DNA from: a virus
Taxonomy: Duplodnaviria > Caudoviricetes
Virus record (IMG/VR): IMGVR_UViG_3300036830_000158
Span: 1-63,581 of that record
Reading direction: 5' to 3' (one strand)
Length of the DNA: 63,581 bases
Below are positions 1 to 7,643 of this stretch, in pieces. The number at the start of each line of letters is the position of its first letter. Within the stretch, counting starts at the first letter, position 1. Under the pieces are notes generated by a model, which saw only the letters and a list, made by a program, of their open reading frames with translations, made no database searches and was not told the DNA's origin. Made by a program: the position numbers and the translations under genes.

Positions 1-134
1 CTCAACCGGGCCGTTGGTCTGAATTTGCGTGCCGGTCGCGGCGTCGATGAGGCCGAATCCGACGGCAATTCCGACCGCCATCTGCAAAATGCTGGCCCAG
101 ATCGTTTGTGAGAGATACCAGGGTTTCGTGTCGT
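1..134. repeat. Terminal direct repeat (circular assembly overlap), left copy
   Basis: 1-134 equals 63448-63581 except one mismatch at position 127 (c vs t). Confidence 0.95.
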
Positions 135-138
135 CCAT
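1..138 (-). CDS. Holin-like membrane protein, 5' part (continues across the junction to 63310)
   Basis: ATG at 138: MDDTKPWYLSQTIWASILQMAVGIAVGFG..., hydrophobic helices, directly downstream of the endolysin. Confidence 0.6.
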   Translation of the reverse strand, partial: MDDTKPWYLSQTIWASILQMAVGIAVGFGLIDAATGTQIQTNGPVE

Positions 139-153
139 GCCATGTTCCTTAGA

Positions 154-735
154 TTAAGTTAAGTCTTGGAGATTCACAATTCCAGCGGCGGCCATCGCTT
201 TTAAAATGGCCGCGGCGCCGCATTGTTTGCTGACCGCGCCCGCGTTGAACCGTCCGTCTGCGACATATTTGCCCCTGGTGTAGAGCGTGGTGAAGCTCCA
301 GACATACGGGCTGTTGATGGCGTGGTTGAAGTAGGCGAAGCCGTTGTACTTCTCGAATTGATAGAGCGCGCGCGGGACCGTCCACTTATTGACGGCGGCG
401 ACGCCTTCGAGCGTCAGCGCATCGGCGGCGGATTGCTCCCAGGCAAACGGCGGCATCAACGGTTTCGGCGGCCGTCCTGCGGGCACATGCACGGTGCGCG
501 CGGTCAGCGGATCGCCATTGTGGAGGTGCTTGGTGAAGTTGGCGTCCGCCTCCATTTGGTGAATGATCGCCACCCACCACCAAGGCGCGCCGACCTTTTC
601 CGAAACGGCCTCATACCGCGCCTTGTCGCCGGCGAGCTTTTGCGCAATCGTTTTTGCCGCGCCGGCGCGCTCCGGCCGGATCTCGGCCTTCGCCCACAGA
701 TTGGCGTAGCCGTGCTCTACGGATTCAAATTGCAT
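154..735 (-). CDS. Endolysin, lysozyme-like (COG5526 type)
   Basis: HLHNGDPLTARTVHVPAGRP, EKYNGFAY, SPYVWS, GKYVADG motifs; lies in the lysis cassette. Confidence 0.85.
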   Translation of the reverse strand: MQFESVEHGYANLWAKAEIRPERAGAAKTIAQKLAGDKARYEAVSEKVGAPWWWVAIIHQMEADANFTKHLHNGDPLTARTVHVPAGRPPKPLMPPFAWEQSAADALTLEGVAAVNKWTVPRALYQFEKYNGFAYFNHAINSPYVWSFTTLYTRGKYVADGRFNAGAVSKQCGAAAILKAMAAAGIVNLQDLT

Positions 736-746
736 CTATTCGCTTT

Positions 747-1067
747 CTATTGATCGGATTGCGGGAGTTCGGGGCAGCGGAAATTCTTGTTGATCCGCTC
801 GGCGGCGAGGCAAAACCGGAACATATCGCTTTTCCGCAAGACATCGCGCGGCAGGGTGTTCATGCTGGTGCGGATCAAATCCATACTGGCCTTGAGCGCC
901 GAGATATCGGCCTGGATCAGCCCGACCTGCTGTTGCGTCACCGTGCCGGCGACGTTGATGCCCGTGTAGACCGAGCCAGCCTGGAAGGCGACGAAGATGA
1001 TCGCGGCGACGACGCCGAGGGGCATGAAGCCCTTCGAGACGTCGACCATTTTATCTCCAAGCGTCAT
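747..1067 (-). CDS. Membrane protein with coiled coil (lysis-associated)
   Basis: One N-terminal TM segment; directly upstream of the endolysin. Confidence 0.55.
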   Translation of the reverse strand: MTLGDKMVDVSKGFMPLGVVAAIIFVAFQAGSVYTGINVAGTVTQQQVGLIQADISALKASMDLIRTSMNTLPRDVLRKSDMFRFCLAAERINKNFRCPELPQSDQ

Positions 1068-1090
1068 CGTTGTTCCTCCGTTCTCCCAAT

Positions 1091-1113
1091 AAAAAGCCCG
1101 CCGGAGGCGGGCT
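1091..1113 (-). terminator. Rho-independent terminator
   Basis: agcccgcc-tcc-ggcgggct hairpin followed by a U-tract on the minus strand. Confidence 0.7.
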
Positions 1114-1147
1114 GTGTGGGCTGGAAATCAGCGCCTAGGGGCCATCC

Positions 1148-1366
1148 TTATTCGGTCGCGTTCGCTACATCCGGCGGCGCGAGCGCGCCGTCGCGGTGCA
1201 ACCAGCCGATCTGCGCATCGCCGGCGTCGACCAGAAGCGCGCCGGGGATGGCGAAATCCGCCGCGCAGACGATGACGTTGACGACGACGCCGTCAGCCAC
1301 CACCGCCTTGCGCAGCCGCTCATTGTCATGAATTGTGACTTTCATCCTGCCGCCAAACCCTATCAT
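1148..1366 (-). CDS. Small tail-fibre-associated protein
   Basis: AVVADGVVVNVIV...AQIGW motif, typical of small genes following Gly-rich fibres. Confidence 0.5.
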   Translation of the reverse strand: MIGFGGRMKVTIHDNERLRKAVVADGVVVNVIVCAADFAIPGALLVDAGDAQIGWLHRDGALAPPDVANATE

Positions 1367-1392
1367 TGGTGCATCCCTTAAGCCCGCGCCGC

Positions 1393-2610
1393 CTACGCGA
1401 CCGGGAAGACGTAAACGTCGATGCGGCCGTCTGCTCCGGCGCCGAAAGTTCCGCTCTCCGATCCGCCGCCGCCGCCGCCCGGTTGCGTGCCCGCGCTGGC
1501 GGCGGCCGCGCCAGTCGCTCCGGCTCCTCCATCGCCGCCTTCGATGGACGTTCCTCCGATGGAGCCCGTTCCGGTATCCGATCCACCGCCGCCGCCGCCG
1601 CCGCCCTTAACAGACTTTCCACCTGCGGTATTCAGGTTTGTGGTCGCTCCGCCGCCGCCGCCGCCGCCGCCCCATCCGGAATCTCCGGCCGCCAAATTGT
1701 CGCCGCCGCCGCCGCCGCCGCCGAAATCGCCCGCCCCCGCAGGGGTAGTGCCTGAGATCGATCCAGCGCCGCCGTTTGGACCGCCGCCCGCGCCGCCATT
1801 CGTTCCGTTGCCATTGCCGCCCGCAGCGAGCGCCCCCCCTCCGCCGCCACCGGTGACGCCTAACGACGAGCCGCCATGATGCGCCGTGAGGTGAGAGCCG
1901 AAAGTGGTATCGCCGCCCGCAGCGCCGCTCGTGACGCCGCCCGCGCCAACCGTTGCGGTCTCCGTGCCAGAAAGCTCGGACAGCAGCATCCACCGCTCAT
2001 TATAGCCGGCGCCAGGACCGCCAGCGGCGCCAGTGCCCGCTATGCCCTGAACGCCGGCGGTGCCGCCCGCCCATTCCCGAATAAACACCAGGCTGTTCGG
2101 TCCATAGGCCGGGTCAGTCGGCTTGGTCCATGTGTCGGAGGAGTTGAAGCGCTGAAAATCGACGCTAGGAGCATTGGCCCATGCCGGATTAGCGCCCACG
2201 CCCTGTGTTTGCAGGAACTGCCCTGATGTGCTGGCGGCAAGACTGGTCCATTTCGTGCCATCGGCGTAAATAATATCGCCTTGGGAGGGCGCGTCGATCG
2301 CAACCTGGTTTCCAGCCGGCACATCATTGGTGACGTCCTTGGTCCCAGCCGAGAAATCCACCGCTGCGTTGGAATTCGTCGATTCCAATACCGTGTCGCG
2401 CACCAGCGTGTTGGCGTCCGACATATGCCCGGCGCCGCGCTCCCACTCCGCAGCGGCCTGGTTCGAGATGAAATAGTCGAACACATCCGTCGTGACGCCG
2501 GTCCCGAAAGCGGTCGAGAAGCGCTGCTTGCCATTGACGGCGGCGACGGTGAAATCGCCCGTTCCGGTGGAGGCGCTGGTTTCGTGGACGAGATTGGCGG
2601 GCGCTGGCAT
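1393..2610 (-). CDS. Glycine-rich tail fibre protein
   Basis: N-terminal VHETSASTGTGDFT...EWERGAG domain, TWTKP motif, long poly-Gly tracts. Confidence 0.75.
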   Translation of the reverse strand: MPAPANLVHETSASTGTGDFTVAAVNGKQRFSTAFGTGVTTDVFDYFISNQAAAEWERGAGHMSDANTLVRDTVLESTNSNAAVDFSAGTKDVTNDVPAGNQVAIDAPSQGDIIYADGTKWTSLAASTSGQFLQTQGVGANPAWANAPSVDFQRFNSSDTWTKPTDPAYGPNSLVFIREWAGGTAGVQGIAGTGAAGGPGAGYNERWMLLSELSGTETATVGAGGVTSGAAGGDTTFGSHLTAHHGGSSLGVTGGGGGGALAAGGNGNGTNGGAGGGPNGGAGSISGTTPAGAGDFGGGGGGGDNLAAGDSGWGGGGGGGGATTNLNTAGGKSVKGGGGGGGGSDTGTGSIGGTSIEGGDGGAGATGAAAASAGTQPGGGGGGSESGTFGAGADGRIDVYVFPVA

Positions 2611-2613
2611 CGG

Positions 2614-4011
2614 TCAGCCCATCCAACGGACGGCCATGATCATCGCAGTATTTCCGCCGGAGAATGTTGGCGCGCTGGCGTCCGCAATTTCCAAACACTG
2701 AATATCATTGATCCCCAACGCTAGTATTGCCTGGTGATACCCATTCAATGTTTCGTCTGTGATTGTACTGCTGTCGCTATGACCTGTTCCGGCGAATCCA
2801 GAGAATGCCGTCGTCGAGTTAACGCCGGCTCCGATGCGCGCCGTGTCGGAGTTGCCTAAATTGACGTTTTGATAGAACGTCGCCGATACAGGGCCATCTT
2901 GCAGCCCCTGGAATGCCGTTGCTTTGTTCGCCGAAGCTCCATTCGAAGCCCGAATGGTCGCCGTGCTATAAGCCCACGAGACAGTGGAATCGCCAGCCTC
3001 AAGGATAATTTCACGCTGGTTGTAGGCGTTCCAAAGCCCGAACTTTCGGCTTTGGCCATAGGCCCGATGACAGGTCACCTGCCCGTTTGTGCCATCCATG
3101 AAGATCGATCCGACATAGGTGGCCAGATTGGCGCCGACTGTATAGGTGGTGCTGCCATTTCTAGTCGTCATGGAAACGGCGTTGACGAGAAGGCCGTTGA
3201 TGCGCGTCAGTTCGGTTGACGACGCGCCAGTTCCGCGCGCGCCGGAACCCGCCGTCGATACGCTCCATGCCGGACCGGTCCCCAGCGTTAGAACGCCGGA
3301 TTCCGACCAGACGAAAATATCGTAGAGCGTGCTCGCCACATGCGAGGCGACCAGCGTAAGGCTAAGTTCTGAAAACGCCGTTGGCGTGAAGCTCGCGCCA
3401 TTATAGATCGGGATCAAATTGCCCTTATCGGGCGTGTAAAAGACGGTGGTCTTCGCGGACTGATCCGCCGTTATTACAGGAACGCCTGTGACGAGCGTCA
3501 GGTATCCCTGTGGCTGTGGAACCGATGGCGTGGCGGCAGAGGCATTCAAAGCCGTCCAGACGGCGGCGGCCGCATCGCCTGTGGCGGTGCAGATGTACAG
3601 GATCTGATTGGCGTAGTCCCAGTATTGGGTCGGCAGCACGCCGGCCGATCCAGCTGTGCCGGCCACGGAACCGTTCGGCGAGCCGGAGCCGACCTGGGTA
3701 TGCACGACCGCGGCGAAGTCGGTGCCGTAGTAATTATCCGCCGTCCAGATCGGCGAGGTCGGCGGGTCCGCATCCGTCGACGGCGCCAGCACGATCTTAT
3801 AGGCCTGGTTGGCGAGGAAGATGTCCGTAGGCGGATAGCCGGCCGAGTTCAGCACCACGGGATTGGTGTTCGGCGTCGCCAGCGCGGCGTCCGAATAGGT
3901 GTCCAGCTTCGTCGAGGTCCCGGCCTCATAGAAAAACAGCTTGGCGCCGGAAAGCACCTGAGGCGTCGAATTGAAGAATTGCGGGAAGGGATTGCTGAAG
4001 CGGGCGGCCAT
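2614..4011 (-). CDS. Tail fibre / tailspike with podovirus virion-anchoring N-terminal domain
   Basis: QFFNSTPQVLSGAKLFFYEAGTSTKLDTYSD...NTNPVVLNSAG N-terminus; position after the ejection genes. Confidence 0.75.
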   Translation of the reverse strand: MAARFSNPFPQFFNSTPQVLSGAKLFFYEAGTSTKLDTYSDAALATPNTNPVVLNSAGYPPTDIFLANQAYKIVLAPSTDADPPTSPIWTADNYYGTDFAAVVHTQVGSGSPNGSVAGTAGSAGVLPTQYWDYANQILYICTATGDAAAAVWTALNASAATPSVPQPQGYLTLVTGVPVITADQSAKTTVFYTPDKGNLIPIYNGASFTPTAFSELSLTLVASHVASTLYDIFVWSESGVLTLGTGPAWSVSTAGSGARGTGASSTELTRINGLLVNAVSMTTRNGSTTYTVGANLATYVGSIFMDGTNGQVTCHRAYGQSRKFGLWNAYNQREIILEAGDSTVSWAYSTATIRASNGASANKATAFQGLQDGPVSATFYQNVNLGNSDTARIGAGVNSTTAFSGFAGTGHSDSSTITDETLNGYHQAILALGINDIQCLEIADASAPTFSGGNTAMIMAVRWMG

Positions 4012-4024
4012 CTGATTTTTCCAT

Positions 4025-4050
4025 TAAAAAAGCCCGCGAGAGGCGGGCCT
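4025..4050 (-). terminator. Rho-independent terminator, identical to 5880-5905
   Basis: gcccgc-ctctc-gcgggc hairpin + T6 on the minus strand. Confidence 0.75.
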
Positions 4051-4076
4051 GAATCCTGTGTTCTGTGCGATGGCGG

Positions 4077-5663
4077 CTATCTGCCCGCAAGCGCCTGTTG
4101 CGGAATGCCCCGCAGCACGGAATGCACTTCATCGGCCGTGGTCCCGGCCAGATGGGCGATATCCTCGGGGTCCAGTCCGGAATCGCGGCTGAGCTGGATC
4201 GCCGTCGATCGCGGGCTTTGCCGCCAGGCGCGCGCCACGTCCGGGTCGCCGGCGGGCAGACGCGATTGGCGAGGGCCGGAATTCACCGGCGAGCGCTCGG
4301 GCATTTGCGCCATCTGATGGATCTCCTGCGCCTGCGGACTGATGCCGAGCAGGTGCTGTCCGCCCCATGGCCAGTGCTGCGCCACGCTCTGGCGGGCTTC
4401 ATCGATGTTGCGGGCGGTGGCCTCGCGGCTCTCGCCTTCGAGCGGGTCGAAGCTCATCGCCGTCAAGGGACCGCCCATGCCGCCCGCCAGCTCGCCAGCG
4501 CCAGCCGGGATTTTCGCCATCAGCTTCTGCGCCCCGTAGGCTGCCCCGCCCGCCGTTGCCGCTGCCGCGGCGCGCTCGCCGAAGCCGGGTTCGCGGGCCG
4601 GCGCCCCTGTGGCGGCTTCGGCGCGATCGCTGCCGGCCATCTCATAGGCCAGCCCACCGGCGGCGAGCGGCAAGAAAATCGCGGATCGACCGGGCAGCTT
4701 CATGATCGAGCGGGCATGGCTGAGCACGCTGGCCCGGTCGGCATTGCGGGCGAGGCCGAGCGCATCGGCGACATCGGGCAGATTGGCGGCGTTCAGGTTT
4801 TTCTTCATGATGTTGTAATGCGCCGTCTTGCCCGCCTTCGCCGCGATCGGCGCGCCGGTGGCGCTCACCGCATTACGCAGCCGCTCGGCGTTGGGGACGG
4901 GTGTCTGGGTGGCGTGTGGCGCGGAAGCTGCGGGCGGAGACGATAGCTCCGGCGGCGCGGGAGGCATATTCCCCGATCTAATTCTAGCCACATCGATCGG
5001 ATCGACGCCTTGGCCCTTCCGAAGACTATTCAGCGCGCCAATCGCCTGATGTGCCCCAAGCGCCAATGCTGCGGCATTCTCTCCGGCGCCGACGGAGTTA
5101 ATAACATCGCGCGCCTGCGGGTCGGAGAACATCGGCGCGACGTAATTGCGTGTCGCATAACCGCCGCCGGCAAGCAACGCAGGTCCAGCGAATTGACCGA
5201 TATCGCTCGCTGTCCTGCGTCTCAAAACAGCATTTAGTTCTGCCTCGCGAGCCGCCGGATGCAGGCCTCCCGTTGAAGCTAAATTTTTGACTTGCCGCCC
5301 AAGCGCTTCATCGGCGCCCCTACCGCTGTAATGGCCAATGGCCGCACCCGCGCCAACACCAACTCCGTAAGGCACAACTTCGGAGCCGAGCTTCGTCAGA
5401 CGATTGACTGGATTGTTTTCCGCAATCCTACCAGCGGCCTCCTGCCCATGAACCTGCTGATCGATCGCTGTTGAGATATCGCTGCGATATTTACCGATCG
5501 CGCCAGATGTGGCGGGGCCGAGTTTCCCATCGGGCTTGACATCGTAGCCGAGCGCCTGCAAATCCTTCTGAGCCGCCTGCACTTGCCTTACATCGCCAGA
5601 TGCAAGCATAGTGGCGAGCTGCTGAAGATGCTCTTGCGCCCGTCTAATTTGTTCGGGATTCAT
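4077..5663 (-). CDS. Putative ejection/virion protein with N-terminal peptidoglycan-binding domain
   Basis: VQAAQKDLQALGYDVKPDGKLGPATSGAIGKY resembles PG_binding_1; Ala/Gly-rich body. Confidence 0.6.
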   Translation of the reverse strand: MNPEQIRRAQEHLQQLATMLASGDVRQVQAAQKDLQALGYDVKPDGKLGPATSGAIGKYRSDISTAIDQQVHGQEAAGRIAENNPVNRLTKLGSEVVPYGVGVGAGAAIGHYSGRGADEALGRQVKNLASTGGLHPAAREAELNAVLRRRTASDIGQFAGPALLAGGGYATRNYVAPMFSDPQARDVINSVGAGENAAALALGAHQAIGALNSLRKGQGVDPIDVARIRSGNMPPAPPELSSPPAASAPHATQTPVPNAERLRNAVSATGAPIAAKAGKTAHYNIMKKNLNAANLPDVADALGLARNADRASVLSHARSIMKLPGRSAIFLPLAAGGLAYEMAGSDRAEAATGAPAREPGFGERAAAAATAGGAAYGAQKLMAKIPAGAGELAGGMGGPLTAMSFDPLEGESREATARNIDEARQSVAQHWPWGGQHLLGISPQAQEIHQMAQMPERSPVNSGPRQSRLPAGDPDVARAWRQSPRSTAIQLSRDSGLDPEDIAHLAGTTADEVHSVLRGIPQQALAGR

Positions 5664-5675
5664 TGGGTTTCACCT

Positions 5676-5882
5676 ATGCCAACTATGTGGATCGAGCAGT
5701 TTTGGCCATTGCGCGAGCGACCGGAAGGTTTCGACGACGTTGAACTGTGGGCTGAGATGCAAGAATATGAACGGCAGAATCGCCGGCGTATGTTTTGGCT
5801 CCTTGTCCCGTGCGCTGCTGTCGTCTTGCTGACAGGCTTGCTCGCTCTTGTGGCCATCATCGACCCTAACTTTCCGCAATAA
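5676..5882 (+). CDS. Small membrane protein (moron)
   Basis: MPTMWIEQ... with a C-terminal TM helix; antisense to the structural operon. Confidence 0.4.
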   Translation: MPTMWIEQFWPLRERPEGFDDVELWAEMQEYERQNRRRMFWLLVPCAAVVLLTGLLALVAIIDPNFPQ

Positions 5883-5905
5883 AAAAGCCCGCGAGAGGCG
5901 GGCCT
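5880..5905 (-). terminator. Rho-independent terminator downstream of brnA
   Basis: Same 26 nt as 4025-4050. Confidence 0.75.
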
Positions 5906-5943
5906 TGATGGCATCCGTCATCGTGACGGATCGTTTAGATTTC

Positions 5944-6234
5944 CTACACCTTCTCGCGCTTCATCGCGTCGCGCAGCGTTTCATTGATCCGCTTGTGCCA
6001 GCCGTCGCCGGTGGCGCGGAAATGATCGAGAACATCCTGGTCCAGACGAAGCGAGACAAGCTTCTTGGTCAGCGCCTTTTGAGAACCGCGGCCTTTCGTC
6101 AACCGGGACAACTCTGCCGGCCGGAGAAATTTTCTCGCAGGCTTAAGGCGCGCCAGTTGCTCATCCGTAAGCGGCGGCGAGTCCACCGCGTCCCAATCTT
6201 CCTGGCTGATGTGGTCAGGTTTCTGCTTCAACAT
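5944..6234 (-). CDS. brnA: BrnA antitoxin
   Basis: DSPPLTDEQLARLKP...KKLVSLRLDQDVLDHFRATGDGWHKRINETLR; start uncertain (6234 or 6249). Confidence 0.9.
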   Translation of the reverse strand: MLKQKPDHISQEDWDAVDSPPLTDEQLARLKPARKFLRPAELSRLTKGRGSQKALTKKLVSLRLDQDVLDHFRATGDGWHKRINETLRDAMKREKV

Positions 6235-6487
6235 AGGATTGCTGTTCACGTCCGTTCGCCTTTCGCAGGCTGATAATTCGATATTTGCGTCCGCGCGGCG
6301 CATAAGTCACGACATGGAGCCGGGCGCCAATAAACCCGATTGCGTTGATGCGGAGTTCACCATAATCATTTCGATCATCGACCGTGAACTGCGCGGTCGC
6401 CCAATCAAACCGATGGATCGCTTCAAACGCCACGCCATGCTTGACCGAATTGACGGCCGCTTTGCGCTCATCCCATTCATATAGCAT
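6215..6487 (-). CDS. brnT: BrnT ribonuclease toxin
   Basis: YEWDERKAAVNSVKHGVAF...DYGELR...RIISLRKANGREQ. Confidence 0.92.
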   Translation of the reverse strand: MLYEWDERKAAVNSVKHGVAFEAIHRFDWATAQFTVDDRNDYGELRINAIGFIGARLHVVTYAPRGRKYRIISLRKANGREQQSYVEAET

Positions 6488-6557
6488 ATTTCGTAGCTAC
6501 AAAAAAGAAGGGCCGATGACCCTTCTTATCATTCCTCGGCGCATTGCGGCCTGACGA

Positions 6558-6788
6558 TCACGTCAGCGCGAACAGCTCGTTGACGTTTCTCCGCAGCCTG
6601 CCATGCAGGCATTCCAGCGATTTGACGACATCGTCGCCGGGGGCTTCTTCGAGCCCTCTGACGGTGTCCATGACGCAGTAAAGCAGCATCACATCTTCGT
6701 CGACGCGGTGCAGGGCGTCGGCAAGCCGCTGCTTCTTGACCTGCGGATTGCTGAGACTGGGGTGCTCGTGTAGTTTCGCGATAGCCAT
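6558..6788 (-). CDS. Hypothetical protein, divergent from the RHH regulator
   Basis: 76-aa ORF with a GAGAGG RBS. Confidence 0.5.
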   Translation of the reverse strand: MAIAKLHEHPSLSNPQVKKQRLADALHRVDEDVMLLYCVMDTVRGLEEAPGDDVVKSLECLHGRLRRNVNELFALT

Positions 6789-6850
6789 GGTGACCTCTCA
6801 TCTAGGTTGCTGTGGTTAGGCTTGGCGGCGAAGTTGCTACCTTCCCGTCA

Positions 6851-6903
6851 GGCCGCTATATACGCTAGCGCCGCTATACGGTATTGTCAATAGCGCCGTT
6901 ATA
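6851..6903. promoter_or_regulatory. Divergent promoter with direct-repeat operators
   Basis: TAGCGCCG(C/T)TATA at 6866 and 6891, plus GCCGCTATA at 6852; minus-strand TTGACA at 6885-6890. Confidence 0.55.
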
Positions 6904-6919
6904 GGCGATAGTTCCGCCC

Positions 6920-7093
6920 ATGGCTGATGTGATTTACCCCGTCAAAAAACTGGTTCGTCTTACCGAGGCCCAAGAGAAACGTATCGCGGACTTCCGGTTC
7001 GCCTCTCGGCTGCAATCGGAAAACGAAGCTATCCGCCGCCTGATCGAGCTTGGTCTTGAAGCGGCTGAGAAGCGGCAGAAAGAAAGCGCATGA
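6920..7093 (+). CDS. Ribbon-helix-helix (Arc/CopG-like) regulator, 57 aa, not in the ORF track
   Basis: My translation: MADVIYPVKKLVRLTEAQEKRIADFRFASRLQSENEAIRRLIELGL... Confidence 0.75.
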   Translation: MADVIYPVKKLVRLTEAQEKRIADFRFASRLQSENEAIRRLIELGLEAAEKRQKESA

Positions 7094-7458
7094 CGACCGC
7101 CGATACCATGAATGAGACCGTGATTTCGATGCTGAAGGATATGCAGCGTTCCATCGACGGCCAATTGAAGCTATCGATGCAAATATTCCGTAATGGCGAG
7201 CGCGTCGAAAAACGTGTTGACGTTGTCGACCGACGGCTAGGCGAGATCAATCGGCGTTTCGATGCTGTCGACCAGCGTATTGGTAATCTTGACCAACGCG
7301 TCGATGAAACCAATGAGCGGATCTCAGACCTCAAGGACGAGCTGTCGCTCATGCTAAAGATGGAACTCAGCGGCTGGGCTGCGAACTTTGAAACCAGGCT
7401 TGATCAGCGGCTGGAACGGATAGAGAACCGCCTCGATAGCTTGGCGCGTCACGATTGA
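7090..7458 (+). CDS. Coiled-coil heptad-repeat protein
   Basis: RVDVVDRRLGEINRRFDAVDQRIGNLDQR heptads; ATGA overlap with the RHH gene. Confidence 0.6.
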   Translation: MTTADTMNETVISMLKDMQRSIDGQLKLSMQIFRNGERVEKRVDVVDRRLGEINRRFDAVDQRIGNLDQRVDETNERISDLKDELSLMLKMELSGWAANFETRLDQRLERIENRLDSLARHD

Positions 7459-7643
7459 GACCCCCGGAAGCCTGCATTTGCTTCACCCGCATCTCAATAA
7501 GAGGTTCTCAATGAAAAAACTCAAGCGCCGCGAGCCTATTCTTGCGCCCGGAGGTCTCGGCCGGCTGATACAAATCATTGCAGTTATGATCATCGCGAAC
7601 CTGATCACCCGGTTCATGATCAGTCCGCTGGTGGGCATTCCCG

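Noticed and set aside
1421-1879. Proline-rich plus-strand ORF
   Set aside because: Antisense shadow of the poly-Gly codons of the tail fibre gene.
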